A DNA stretch of 64,000 nucleotides from an uncultured virus (IMG/VR IMGVR_UViG_3300024518_006364) (taxonomy: Duplodnaviria; Heunggongvirae; Uroviricota; Caudoviricetes): the IMG/VR virus record IMGVR_UViG_3300024518_006364; one strand, written 5' to 3'. The translations under genes were made by a program, and so were the position numbers. Below, in pieces: positions 28,685-42,294 of this stretch. A model generated the notes under the pieces. The model did no database searches and had not been told where the DNA came from. It was given only the letters and a program-made list of their open reading frames with translations. How positions within the stretch are numbered: position 1 is the first letter of the stretch; every line of letters begins with the position of its first letter.

Positions 28685-29619
28685 GTGAAGGTAGACCGTG
28701 ACGAACTGCGCATTAACCTGCGCCAAATCATTGTGCTCGCTCTCCTGGAGAGCAACATCCACATGGAGTCGTGGCAGATGAACGATCTGCTCGTCCGCAA
28801 CTTCCCCCACCTCTACACGGATAGCCGTCCGGCTGCCCACTGCTCTTTGAGAGCCCTGAAGAACCGGGGCTACGTGTATCAGGATCTCCGCGAGAACTGG
28901 CGCTGTCGCCCCCTGGGCAAAGCGTTTCTCGCCGAGGTTCGTGGATGGTTGGAGGAGGAAGAGGAGAGTGCTCCCGCTGCTGCCGCGGCAGGAGGCACGA
29001 ACGTCGTCCCACTCAGGCCCAACAAGTAGTCGCTGACAAGGACGCCTCGGACCCAGGGAAACTTGGGTTCGGGGCTGTCCTGCCAAAAGGAAGGTGAACA
29101 GTGTCGAAGATTGTTTTTTTGATGAATGAACTCCAGTTCTACATCCTGACCATTCTCTCGCAGACCAAGGGCGTGTACCTCGTAGCACAGGAGATCGAGA
29201 AGAAGCTGCCCAAGAAGTTCGTGCGTCCCGAGAACGGGCGCTTGTGTGGCGCGTCGCTGATGCACATGCGCAAGAAGGGCTGGGTCCGCCAGAACAAGCT
29301 GAAGGAGTGGTACATCACCTCGGGCGCCAAGGGCAAGGGAACGAAGGCGCTGGGAAATGCCAAGCGCAATCCTGACAAGGTTGAGCCCTACGACAAGGCG
29401 AAGCGTCGCAGGCGAGGCCTCAAGGATGCGCGCCAGACACCTCCCAACCTTCCCCCGAACCAAATGGGTGTGCATGCCAGCTCGAAGCTCCGCGAACAGA
29501 CCCAGGAGATCGGTGCCCTCAAGGAGGCCTTGGGCCTCGCCACCAGGAAGCGCCCGGGGGGCAGACACGAGGTGACCCTCAAGTTCGAGGGTTTCGAGAT
29601 CATCGTCAGGCCCGTCTGA
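28685..29619 (+). other. Two winged-helix-like CDSs (28685-29029, ~29122-29619) separated by a GAAA-capped hairpin
   Basis: L..L..RGYV..W..RPLG and MRKKGWV..WYIT patterns; phage promoter motif at 28653. Confidence 0.5.
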
Positions 29620-29647
29620 TTACGGGGTAAATCGAGAAGGAGAGAGC

Positions 29648-32600
29648 ATGAGCACGATGTCGTGGGAATACAGAAGTGTGAACCATGTCATGCGGGAGCG
29701 CCTCGATGTGTTTCTGACACGCATGTCCGAGCAAGGATGGGACTTCCATTCCCACCTACAGGGAGAGTACATATTCCGCAGAGCCAAGATATTCGAGAAG
29801 GCGACGGAGAGGCATGCCCCCTCCAACGAGAAGGTCGCAGACGCCCTCGATACCCTCGCGGACAGAGTGGGCGCACCTGCGGCCCTCCACGCCCTGACGC
29901 GCGAGAACCTGGGCATGGGCCCGGGGCGCGAGGTAACCCGCGAGACTACCCATGTGACGGACCGCAAAGGGGAGCGCCACCTCGTTCCTGGCATGGTGGT
30001 GGAGAGCGATTCTGCCCAGGTCGGCTCCGACCCATTCGACGCCGTCTTCGTTCTCCTTGCCGAGTTGCAGGGCTACACGGGCCTCACGGCGACCTCGTTC
30101 GAACGCAGCCAGGTGATGGACTCCATCCAGCGGATACGTGAAAAGCTCATCCAGGCCTTGGGGTTTGGTGGAAAGCCGTCCCTGTTCCCAAGTGACCGAA
30201 AGTTCGTGCTGGGCTGGATCGCCAAGGTGAGCGAAGCACTGGACACCGAGGAGGCCGCGGCTTGTGAAAGGGACTCGGCATTCTTCGTCATGGAAGGCGC
30301 CTTCGAGCAAATCCGTCTCAAGATGTTGGCCGTTCCTCCGGGTCCGCGACGTGATCCTCGGTGTGAGGACGAGGCCGTCGACCTCATCGACAAGTACCTC
30401 GACGAGTATGGGGAAGAGCTGCATGGCTGGCGTCCTGGTGTATGCAAGAACCTGGAGGCCATCCGCGCCAAGATCCTCGAGACCAGTGCCGTTGGCAACG
30501 AGAACGACGTCGCCTACGCGTTCCTGCGTACGATCACTGACCAGAAGTGCTCATGTGCAGCAGGCACGTGTCCCACGGAACTGGGAGACGAGGACAGGGA
30601 CAGCTGGTGCGAGCCCTGCAACATCAAGGCAAGATGGGAGGCCTACAGTGGCAACCGGGTGCCACTCAACTCTGACACCTGAAGAACGTGTCCGGAAGCG
30701 CATCCGTGTGCGACGACAACTCGGTGAGGTGCTCGCCGAAGGCTACGTCACGTGTGGATGCGACACCTGTCTGGATTTCGCGCACGCGTACAAGTGCTTG
30801 TACTGTGGTGAATGGTATTGTCAAAGCTGCGCAGAGGCCCACTTCGGCCAGACTCGCGTGGACTATAACGATGGAAAGGAGTAACTCATGCCTATCATTC
30901 GGATGAGCTGGGAGATGGATGAGGTCGGCTGTGACCAGAATGCGTGCACGTACTACAAGGACTGTGTGCTCTCCGAGATCTTCAAGAACGGCGTGGACGG
31001 ACACGATTCAGTCAAGGCCACCTGGCATAGCGTGTCGAATCATCGCCCAACCCTCGGCGTCAAGGTCACAGGGCCACAGACGTTCGAGTGCGTGTGCGCA
31101 GATGAAGATGTCCCCATCGACCGTGAGGACCTTGTCGAAGCCGTAGGCGAGCTCGTCGACGCAGCCCTCGAGTCGCGTGAACAATACGAGCCCAGGGAGG
31201 AGGAAGACGGTGGCCAAGCGTAATAGTGCCAACGCCCTCTCGCCTCGCGACGAGAACCTGTGGCGTGCCCAGGACAGTGTGCGTGGAGAGAACGGACGCA
31301 TCTGGGCGACACTGGATGGGTGTCGCGATGACCTCGACGATGCGCAGACATTGGCCAGGCAGCCTAACGAGAAGCTCGTGCGTGTCCTCGCCATCCTGAA
31401 GGAACTCACAACAGGGAAGTGGGCAGACGATATCCTCGTGGATGCCAACCACTGGGCGCGCAATCATGGGCTGCCTTCGGGGCTTGCTCCGGTACTGTGC
31501 TTCTTCCCTGGCCTGCTCAAGAACGTGCGCAGGGCGCTCGAGGTGTTGGAGAGCGAGAGCATCTTCGAGAACGAGGGCGACATACAGGTCGCCGTGGCCA
31601 CTGACCTCGCCAACACCTATTGCCGTGAGCACAGCCTCGTCGAGATAGGGAAGCGCATTCCTCTCCTCAATGGCATTGAGCAACTCGCGTGGGCGTTGAC
31701 CAAGAGCAAGGGGCTCTATGCGTCCTTGCAGCACACCTATGCGAAGCTGAAGGAAGAGAACACGCAGGCCATCGCCGATCGCAATGAGTATCGAGGACTG
31801 GTGCTGAAAGAGCAGGCACGTGCTGTGCGCGCCGAGGAGCAGGTAAAGCGCCTGCGCGAGATGGAAGCCGCGCTGGAGAGAACGCTCAACGGTTCGATGC
31901 CCGAGGGCAGTGAGCCTCTGTCCATCGTGGACAGTGCGGCAATGTGTGTGCAGCTTTCACGCGAGAACCACAACATACGGACGATCATCCAGCAGTGCGT
32001 CGAGGATCATCCGTGCATGGACCCCGGCGACGGTTCAGGTGACTGTGGCCTGTGCATCGTGTGCACGCTGAAAGCGTGGCTGAAGAAGAGTCCTGCCGAG
32101 CTGGCTGTCTCCCCCTACCAAAATTGTGGAGATCTGCTCGCTGTCATCCACAGGGATGGGGGCCACTACATCAAGGAGCACGGGTTCGAGAAGGCCATCG
32201 CTGACGCCGAAAACGTCGTGCACACCTTGCGCAAGGACCTCGATGAGGCCCGCACGTTCGGTGAAGAGGTAAGCGACATCCTCACCGGGAGCAAAGAGAT
32301 CACCTGTGTCTACTGTGGCTACAAGTACCTCGATCCCGACAACAACCCGAGTGAGCTGACAGAGCACATCGAGACGTGTGAAAAGCACCCACTCTACCAA
32401 GCACGCAGAGATGCTTCCTCCGCACAGGGGGACCTCGAGAAGCATGTAGGCGAGGCTGTGATACTCAAGCAGGACATTCGCTGGCTCATCCAGGTGGTGA
32501 AATCCAAAAGCGGCCTGGGTACTGGGGGCAAGCAGATGTTCGAGGACGTCTGTGATCGATCGGGTGTCCCTGCGAAATAAATGTGAACAGGAGAAAGACC

Positions 32601-35600
32601 ATGCCCGTAGCAACGCTAGAAGACAGAGTCGCGTGGCTCGAGGAGAGGGTGCGTGAACTGATGAACAAGGTCCCCAGTCCTGCGAGTCCCCGCTACCCAA
32701 TGCGTGTGCTCTTCACCTTGGTGACCGTGCCTGGCCCCAACGTAGGCAGCTCCTCCCTCGGGAACAAAGAGTTCACCCTCGTGAGCTCGCTCACGCGCAA
32801 GCAGTGCGAGAAGCTCGGCCTGGGCAACCACACCGTGACACGCACCTGGCGCTATCGCTTCGACGATGGTTGGTCTGTCTGCATCAAGGGACGCACCATG
32901 CAGAAAGGCGAGCGCACGCCCAAGAGCGAGGGGTTCCTCGGGTACGAGTGGATGGTGACGAGCATCGTGGACCAAAACGAAATCAAGACGGAGACCTGAT
33001 GAACCTCAAGGCCAAGCTGCAAGAGATACTGGTGAACGGTCCGGCCCGTGTGGTCATTGACGACTCGGGTGAAGCGTGGCCCCCCGGGCGTGCGCTTCGT
33101 GATAGGAACATCGACTGGCGCAAGGGCGGTGTCGTCTTCATCCGCAAGGATGGGTGGTCACTGGCTGCATCGCCTGCCCTGATGGAGCTTGCTGAAAGCC
33201 TCTGGGCTGACGAGTGGGTCGGGGTGGTCGTCAACGACGGAAAGGCCTTTTGCTCCGTCCTCACCTACGAACAGCATTGCGAGTGCGTGCGGAGAGCCAA
33301 GGAAAAGGGAGGAGACAGCGATGGCTAAAGAGCCCAAACCCATCTATGTGCACGATTGCACAACGTGCGAGTTCCTTGAAACCTTCGTGCTTGACGGCAA
33401 GTCCTACGACCTCTACCGCTGTGAAGCCGAGGACCCTGCGAAGAGAAGCTCACTGGGCCCAACCTACATCGCGCGATACAGCAGTCAGGGGGCCGAATAC
33501 TGGTCAATGTCGTGGGAGGGCTTTCGCAGCCTTGGCATGGAGAATCCTGCCACCCCCCTGCTGCGTGAAGTACAGCGCAGGTCCAACGAGTTCGAAGCTG
33601 TGCGTCAGGCCAACGAGGTGTGGGCGGAGATCGATGACCGGCGCACCAAGATGGCCAAAGCCGATGAGTACCTCGGTGACATCCAAAGTGATGTTGAGCA
33701 TGCGCTGGACTGCCTGAAGAACGGTGCCAGCCTCACGGACGTCACCGAGGGCCTGACCTCAACGCTCTCGTGGACCAAGATGACGAGGCAATTCTTGAAA
33801 GGAGAGATCGCCTGATGGCAATGAAGGTCTACAAGTATGTGATGGTCAAGCAGGACATCGTGTTCGAGCTGCCCTACGTGGCACGCGTGCTGAGCGTCCA
33901 CAACCAGCCCCAAGAGCCGGGTGTTGAGTATCCATGCCTCTGGGTACTGGTCAACACCGAGTACGAGGAGAAGCAGCCCTTGCAGAAGCGCCGCTTCATT
34001 GCCGTGGGCACAGGAGACCCCATTCCACCCAAGGCGGTCCCCGATCCCGCGGCCCAGTTCGTGGGCACCTCTCTCAGTCACCAGGGCAGGCAGGTGCACC
34101 ATGTCTTCGAGGCGATTCTGGAGGAGAGTGATGGCTGACCTCAAGAGCGATCACGTCGCCAATGTAGGAGACACCGTTGAGTTCACCCCGCGCACCGAAG
34201 ACCGTATATTTGGACGAGGCGTCGTGCTGAGTCGCGGTCCGGATGTGTGCGGGGATCTCACTTACATCGTGTTGGACGAGGACCACCAGGTCTACGGCGT
34301 CCCCCACGCGGAAGTGACAACCATTGAGAGGGAGAGCCCGACATGAGCGACATGAAGTGGGTAGCCGTGCTCTTCGTAGGAATGGCAATGGCTGGTGCGG
34401 CCATAGCTTGGGCACTCGTGTGGGGGGAAGTCGAGATGGCCAAGCTCGAGGCCAAGTGCCCCGCGGCGCAGGTAGAACAAAGCAGCGAGGAGGACTAGAT
34501 GACTGACCACCGCGCCATCCGTATTGGAGGGATACGGTCTGACCGACCTGAGCCCTTGCGACTGGCCTGCAAGCTGTGCAAAGGGAAACCGATGCCGAAG
34601 GATCCGTCGCTTGTTCGCGTTCACAACGAGTGCCTGGACAAGCTGACACAAAGGGCAGGTGACATGCTCGATCTGCACGTAGAGAACGCTGCCCCCGAAC
34701 ATGATACGATTGCCATTGACGTGTGCGAGAGCGAAAAGGGAGAAGGTGCGAAGTCCTTCACCATCACCGTGTCACGCGATGAGGAACAGCGCGTCCACGT
34801 GTGCGTGACTGACCACGTCGAGCACGAGGACAACCACTATGTGCTCGGTGAAGAGGGCTACGCCAGTAGTCCAAGCCGATGAGCGTCGCACCCGAGGACA
34901 TTACGCCTGGCACCGGCATCCCTGATATGCCTGGGCGCTGGGTCTACAACTTCGTCAATGGTGAGTACGTCGTCAACGTGGACATGCACGAGGATGGGTC
35001 GCTGTGGTGGTGGTACGACGAGGTTGTGCCTATCCCTATCCACGAGCGGGATGGACGTTGGATGGGAAGGTATGAGGGAGGTGGAGGATAACGATGGCTG
35101 AGAACTGCAACGAGTGCGTGTGTAAGCCGGTGTGCGTCTTCTTCCGCAAGGCGCAATCAAAAGCGCAGGGCGATTCTGTGACACCTGGAGGCTTTGACTG
35201 TGGAGAGGGCCTGCCGAACTATCATCCTGATCCAATCGAAGAAGTCTGCGAGTGTTCAGTGTGCAAGAAGTCAATCAAGCGTGGCGACGCGCTGACCCGC
35301 ACGGTTGATGAAGTGTGGTGCGTGGAACACGGGCAGTAGGAGGAGATCATGAGCCACACCATCATCGAGATACGACTGCTGAAGGTGTTGGAGGAGTACG
35401 AGAGAGCCGTAACGGTGAAGCACATCCTCCCGCAGTTCGGTGGGCAGGACCCCATTTACATCGAGCGCACGCTCATGGATTTGGGCAAGAAGGGCCAGGT
35501 GTTGGTGAGCGGGTTGGCGAGGCCATTCAAGTTCAGGCTGGGCCTCAAGGGAGGCACCCGGCTGAAGAGACATGTCGCAAAGCACCGGAAAGAACTACTG

Positions 35601-37312
35601 GAAGAGCGAGGGAGGAAAGAAGTGGCGAAGAGCCGTACTACCACGGACCTGAAGAACATCCGGCGCCTGGCGAAGGACGTCCTCGCTGGTGAGTACGACA
35701 GCACGGACACCCACGAGCTGGCAGAGCTCATCATGGGCCTCGACAAGAAGCTGGTGGCTGGTGCCAAGCTGCCCATCGACTGGAGGCGGTGAGGATATGA
35801 CCGTCCAAGAACTCTACGACATACTGAGCAAGCTAGGGCACGACATCCCCGGCTTCGTCAATGCCCCTGTTGTTCTCGACGCTGGTCCTTTCAACGGTGA
35901 GGACTGGTACGGCACGCGCAACGCGGTGGTGGGCGACGACGGCGAGGGCAACGACGTCTTGATCCTGATGTCCTCGGGGAACGTCACGGTGGGAACCGTC
36001 ACTGACGTGGAAGCCGCGAAGTTCGAGAAGACCACGTGTGAGCTGTGCCCGGAGTACAAGAAGCCAGCGACACCGGGGCAGGTCATGGCCAAGATGGACG
36101 CGGTTATCGAGCACATGGAATTCTACCTCAAGCTCAAACACAGCAAGGACGCCTACGAAGCCGCGCAGGTGCTCGGCGAGCTTCTTGAACGACGCATGCG
36201 CATGAACAAGGTCTCGCTTGATGCGATGAGGATGGGGTGAAGGAGGATGGACATGGAACACATCGCCCCACCCAAAACAAAGAAGATAAAGCCCAAGGAC
36301 TTCGAGAAGACGATGTTCACCATCATCGTGTGCACCGATGGTCCCCAACCAACTGAGGAAGAGACGGCCAAGAACCTGTTCAAGAGCTTCGGCAAGGAGA
36401 CGTATCAGTCGCGGCGCCCGCTCACTGTGTTCGAGGTCACGCTGCGCGGTGAGTTGCTGCGTATGTGGTACATGCGTGGCTCGACGGACAGGGAAGGATG
36501 CGATCTACATACGCTGGAGCACGACTGCAAGATGGGGAGGAAACTCTTCAAGCTGAACAAGGAGCAGGTGGACGCAGCCGTGCGTGTGGCTCTCGACGCC
36601 ATGGCGGGTACGAGCGATACCGTTCACTAGGAGGAGAGATGCCCAAGATTCACGGACACATTGACCCTGATGTTGAAGCCTACTGGCGCGACGCCCTCGC
36701 AGAGAGAGCCAAGGGCCACGGCAGCTATTCCGACGACATCCGCCACATCACCTACGCCACTGTGCAACGCTTGTTCAACGAGCTCGACGATTTCCGCGAG
36801 GACAAGCGCATGCGTGAGCAGGCCCACGGTGAGACGCCGATGGGGGAGTGGTGATGAGGCCTCGTGATGTGGTTGACGACGTGCTCGGATACGCCATTGT
36901 GTTCATTGCTTTCGCTGTCTACGATGTCCTCGGGGTTGTCCCCGCGTTCAGGAAGAAGACGCTGCGATGGGCGCATGCCTATCTGAAAAGCCAGGAAGCC
37001 CGTTGAACCGTGTCACCCTGTTCCCCCCGCCTGGACATGGTGAGGGGAACGGGGTGGTGGAGAGCACATCGTAACCAGCCTCTTCTTTTGGGTAGAAGAA
37101 TGTGGAGGTGAAGAATGAGAACTCGCATCGAAATCGAAGAGGAGATTGGGGCGTTGAGCAAGGAGCGCCAGCAGATCGACAGTGGCGTGCAGGCGCACGT
37201 GAACTGTGGTGGTGGCCACCTCATCATGCAGGGGCACGTCAACAGGTCCGAGGAACTTCGCCAGCAAATCGAGGGGCTCAAGCGCGAGCGCCAGCAGCTC
37301 GATGCTGGCTAG
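29648..37312 (+). other. Dense array of ~20 hypothetical CDSs (incl. 29648-30682, 31210-32580, 33321-33815, 33815-34138, 35349-35792 wHTH)
   Basis: Coupled ORFs with RBSs; many CxxC motifs. Confidence 0.6.
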
Positions 37313-37354
37313 GAACCAAAAGAGAGGACACGCACGAGGCGCGCTCTCTTTTTC

Positions 37355-38461
37355 CTATTTGAAGCGAGGATCCTGTCCGAGCATGTCAGCTGCTTCAGCA
37401 TCGTCTAGCTCGAAATCAGGGGCGACGTTGGGTGTGGTCGAGAACGATGGAGGGGCTGCCTCCGGCGTATCTTCTTCTTTTGGTTCGGGCTGCGTTGTGG
37501 ATGATTGTGGGCTATCCAACAGACGCCCCTCCGCGCGCAATTGCTCAATCAGTTCTTCTCGTGCGTGTCGCTTGAGCTGTTCGACATCCCCGGGCGTCAT
37601 GTAGCGTGCGCCTTTCACATACCCCACTTTGCGTCCTTCATCACGTGCACGGAGGAAGTCTCGGTACAGACTCTCCCTGAACAAGGCCAGGTTCTGGGTG
37701 AGGCGCGTGCGCACGCTGATGTCGACGCCTTTGATGGGGTCGAGGTCGGGCATGAGCAGGTCTTTTGGTACTCCACTGTAGTCGATAGAACCGGGTTTTT
37801 CCTTGGCACCGTGATGGTCAGTACGCAGTACGAAGTCAGCCAGCGTTGTGTGCGCCACAACAAGATCCGCCAGCGGCCTGCGATACAGGGTACCGAGGCC
37901 CATCACATAGCCTGGATGTCGGTATCCGTGTTGTCCCGACTCGAGCAGTGTGATCGCTGATCTCATCGTGTTCGGGGTGGTGGAGGACTTGTCGCGAGGC
38001 AGCTGTTGTTCAACGATCGGCATGTCGACGTAGGCCTGTGCCACCTCGGTCAGGGAGCGCTTCAATGTTTTCCTCCACAGGCGCAGCCTGGAGCCAATAT
38101 GTTCCCGCGGCACAAGGATGCCTGGCAGCCATGTCGGGTGACCGTGTCCTGGTTCCCGTTCTTCGTGGAGATAGCATGGTGGATGTGGACTGTGCCGTCG
38201 GCAGACATCACACGTCCGCGGCTGCACGCGGTTGCAGCGCTCGATGGAGAACATCGAGGCCTCCCACGATGCGTAGTCGGGGTATGGGCTGGCCTCAACG
38301 ATGGCATCGTAGAATTCGCTCAAGGTGGTGGGGGACAGGAGATGGGCGCCGCCGTCGCGTCGAGGAATGAGGATGAAATCACCAGGGCGAAGCCAAGGCG
38401 CTGACTTGGCCAGCGGGGCGGACAGTGGGTGCAAGAGAAGAGGTTGTAATGATTTATTCAT
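37355..38461 (-). CDS. XRE-type HTH-containing protein
   Basis: IGSRLRLWRKTLKRSLTEVA..ITLLESG; GGAGG RBS; one of only two likely minus-strand genes. Confidence 0.65.
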   Translation of the reverse strand: MNKSLQPLLLHPLSAPLAKSAPWLRPGDFILIPRRDGGAHLLSPTTLSEFYDAIVEASPYPDYASWEASMFSIERCNRVQPRTCDVCRRHSPHPPCYLHEEREPGHGHPTWLPGILVPREHIGSRLRLWRKTLKRSLTEVAQAYVDMPIVEQQLPRDKSSTTPNTMRSAITLLESGQHGYRHPGYVMGLGTLYRRPLADLVVAHTTLADFVLRTDHHGAKEKPGSIDYSGVPKDLLMPDLDPIKGVDISVRTRLTQNLALFRESLYRDFLRARDEGRKVGYVKGARYMTPGDVEQLKRHAREELIEQLRAEGRLLDSPQSSTTQPEPKEEDTPEAAPPSFSTTPNVAPDFELDDAEAADMLGQDPRFK

Positions 38462-38469
38462 GAGTAAGT

Positions 38470-40070
38470 GTCCTCCACCACAAGGGAACGTGAATGAGTT
38501 TGTGGCTTGGTTGGAGAGGTTACAGTGATAGTGATGTGTTGTCAAGGGAGAATGCGTGCATAATCTCGTTGAAAACAAGAGAGGGAAAGGGAATGATTAT
38601 TGTTGGGGAAAGAGGGAGGGGTGATTGGTTGTATCAAGGTGAATCCGTATTGATGTGCACGTGAACATTAGGGTTTAATCGGGGGTGGAGGGTATTCAAC
38701 GCGTTCGTGCGGGGAGGACATGTATATACACGTAATCCGGTGCGTGACGGGTTGCCATACATATAGGGCAAGGTTGAGGGGAACTGGATACTCTCTATAT
38801 ACTACTACTACTTTCTTAAACCAGTACAATGTAGTAGTAGTAGTAGTATAGGGACGTGGTTTCAAGGGGTTAGGGCTGGACTTTTGCGAGCACTCAAGGA
38901 TAGGCCAGGAGGGAAAGGTGAATAAGGCCAGCAAGGTTGCCCGGAGCAAAGAGTGCATGCCATTGAACGGTTTGGTCCGGCCGTAAGGGCACCAATTACA
39001 CGTTTCTCGCTTGGAGGCCCCGGTGGTGGAGAACAAGGAAACGATGACATCTTGGTGGGTTGTGCCCTGATAAGAGTTATTGGGACATTTCGTCCGCATG
39101 GATAAGGAGGCCAGCCGGGAGGCGCTGTGAGGGACGAACGTGAGCCCACAAGGCCAATGTGGTGTAAGGGGTGGTGGAGAGCACGATCGCGCCCGGGCGG
39201 CCCTGTGAGTGACCCGATTGGCCTAAATTCAACAGACCCACAAACCCACCCGACCGGCGACCGGCCGCGGACCCCGACTCGAGCAGCGTGGTGGTGGCGT
39301 GGTTGTCCTACATCCTCCTACCACAAAGAGGGCCTCCGCTCTCTGGAGACGGATGGAAGAAACTGAACTGACCCCCCAGCCCTCCACCACCGAATTCTCA
39401 CTTGCTCCTGGAAACACAGCCTCCGGCGTGCTCTCCACCACATCGTTCTCCTGGTGTCGGAGAGCGCATCGCCGCAGGCATTATATTGTTGTCCTGGTGG
39501 GGGAGAACGAGGCTTCCTCCCCTCCACCTTGTTGCCCTTGTTGTCCCCAAAACCAAACCGCTCCCCAACACGGGGTCAGCCATGTGGTGGGGAAGACTTC
39601 GTCGACTTCTTCCACCAGGCAGCGTGGTGGTGGTGTGAACAACGTGGAGGAGAGCACGGCGACGTCGAAGACTGGCTGACGAGGAGGACAAGGTGGTGGA
39701 TGGTCCAGGCTCAACTATGAGGAGCGGCAGCGGGTCCCATCTACCTTTAGGACCGCAGAGCGGTGGTCGTCAAAGCCACGGGGGGAGGGTTGCTCTCAAA
39801 AAAATCCCCAAATTTTTACCCAGAATTTTAGGGGCTCTTTTTGACCCCCCTGCTCTCCACCACCCAGAAATTTTGCTGCCCCCGACCCGTTGGGGTCCCC
39901 CACCACATCGAAACGCCGTCAACGACGTTTTCAGCGAAGCTCGGAGGGTTTTCAGGTAGAAGAGAATGCTCTCCACCACCACACTAGTCCGGCGGCAGGG
40001 TTCCGGTGGTGGACAGCGGGATTCTGGTGGCTGACGCGAGGTGTCTCGGTGGTGGAGAGCACTTCATTAC
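38470..40070. other. Non-coding, compositionally distinct region with a repeated 13-mer; candidate origin or packaging/terminus region
   Basis: AT-rich core; inverted (TAC)n/(GTA)n repeat; GTGGTGGAGAGCA copies in both orientations; A/T tracts. Confidence 0.5.
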
Positions 40071-40123
40071 GTACAACGCCGGATCGCGACCGACCGGCTT
40101 CAAAAGGTGAACGGAGAACAAGG

Positions 40124-42294
40124 ATGGAAAAGGAGAAGGAGAAATGCGCGGACTGTGGGTGTGACTTGCCCGCGGGCCACGAGAAATACTGCAACGGCTG
40201 TTTCATGTCGCGGTGGGCGAAGGGACTCTGGGATGTGCGACCGACCGGCAGCAAAAGTGAACAGGGAGGACAAGGATGAGCGATCGATTCAAGTGGGTGC
40301 CGCCGAGCGGAAACGTGACCGGCATCTTCCTGATACTGGTGCTGATCGTGGTCATTGTGGCCGTTCTGGTTTGCACAGCGATGGCGGTCAGCGGACAACG
40401 GTTCACTTGCTCGTGTGAAGAAGGCTGCTTCAAAAACACGTCGCAGACTGAATTGCCCTTTGGGGCTGGAGGGAGTGAATGAGGTTCGTAAAGCTGCCCA
40501 CGGACCTGCAACATGACTTTCACGTGCTCATCCACGACCTGGGTGAGGAAATACAGGTTCTCTTTGATACGATGGGGATGACGGACTCAACGGACACGGC
40601 CAAGAAGAACGTCGCAGAACTCAACCAATTTGTTGCAGACCACGGCGGCGTGAGTTTGGCGCCACGGACACGAGAATGGCTCCGTGCCGTCGAAGAAGAG
40701 GAGAAGCATGCCCGACAAGGCGACTGACGAAAAAAAATCGAAAGAACGTTCCTTCCCCCAACCCCGACTCCCACCTCTTGAACTGGTAATGAAAGGTGAC
40801 GCGTCCCAGACGGTGGTTGCGTATGCCTGCTCGAAGTGCGGGAACGTCAGCACCAAGGACCTGGCCGAGCGGTGCTGCGCGGGCACAGTGTGTACGTCTT
40901 GCGGCGTAGCCCTGACTGGACATCGTCTCACGTGCACTGACTGCTGGAACGCAAAGCAGGCCGCCATCCAGGCGAGGCGCGTGGACAAGGCCGCGAGGAT
41001 TGCTTCCAGCGAGTACCACGGCGCCCTCTACTGTGATTCTCTCGGCCACAATGACGGATTCTTTCGGGACGTCGATGAACTCGCCGAATACTGCAACGAT
41101 GAGGGAATTCGCGAGATCGGCCCTGTCTTCGCGTGCCACGAGACCCGGCCTTACATCGACGCAGTCGGGGCCGTCGAGCAGGCACTTGAGGAGCATCACG
41201 AGGATGCCGAGATGGTCGACATCAGGGGCCTCGAGGATTTCCTGAAGACGTGGAACGCGAAACAGACGGACAAGACGTGGACGCCGGACTGGAGAATCGT
41301 GATTACGGGTCTGGATGTCGTCTACGTCCCCGAGGAAGGAGAAGAGACCGATGAGTGACGGCGATACGAACCTGAAAGGCAAGCTGCGCATCTTCTTCGA
41401 TCGCGACGGCAAGCTGGTGAATGCTGTGGTCATCCAGATCAACGGGGTCGAGTTGGATGATGACAACATTCCGGCCGCGGTGATGGAGATCGACCTGACC
41501 AAGGCTGTGTCGCACGAAGACGGGACGTGCTGGTTCTATCGGCAGGACGAGTTCGCGCGGATGCGGCCCGCATTCGCCTCGGAACGGGCTCTCAAGCCTC
41601 TCCAACCGTCCATGCCCTGCTGCATCCAGTTGACCGACGGCGTTGAGCACTTGACGGAGCATTTGCACACGTTTTTCAACGTGCTCAACAGGGGGCTCAT
41701 CGAGACGCTACAGCAGGGCCACGCGGTACTGCGAAGAGAGGCTGGACACGAGGACAACCTGCCGCCTCTCACCGAGGAGGACATGGCCGCGATTCAGACG
41801 CCGGATCCGATGAACATCACCGTGGTCATGGGCGAGCACGAGTACATCGCCGAGATCTGCGGCACGCGCTCTGATTCACATGAACTCGTTCAGTTCGGAA
41901 CTGGGCGCAGTGTAGATGAAGCTGTAGGCAATCTTCTCCAGGCCAACAAGGCTGCCTTCGACGTCAAGGACGTGTTCCTCGACGATGGGTTGTGCACATG
42001 CGACAAGTGCCATGCTCGTAGAAAAAAGACGACAAGGCCACCCTCCACCACCTAGAATCCGAGATAGGCAGGAGGTTGAAGATGTCCAAGAGTCGTGCTG
42101 CACAGAAGGCGTATCAGGCGCTGCTGAAAAAGTCGCCCCGGCTTGCGAAGAGCGAGGCGTCGCTCCAACGCACGATAAGCAAGGCAGAGAAGGAGCACGC
42201 GGCATTTCTGGAGGACTACAAGAAGAAGTTCGGCAAGCTGCCGCGGACCAAGAAGGGCTCTTTGGACATCACGCGCATTGGTGCACCTCGTTAG
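40124..42294 (+). other. Run of hypothetical CDSs (incl. 40276-40482, 40479-40727, 40708-41358, 41351-42055)
   Basis: Coupled ORFs downstream of the promoter motif at 39955. Confidence 0.55.

Noticed and set aside
38668..39982. Short ORFs in the origin-like region
   Set aside because: They have low-complexity translations, no RBSs and atypical codon usage.
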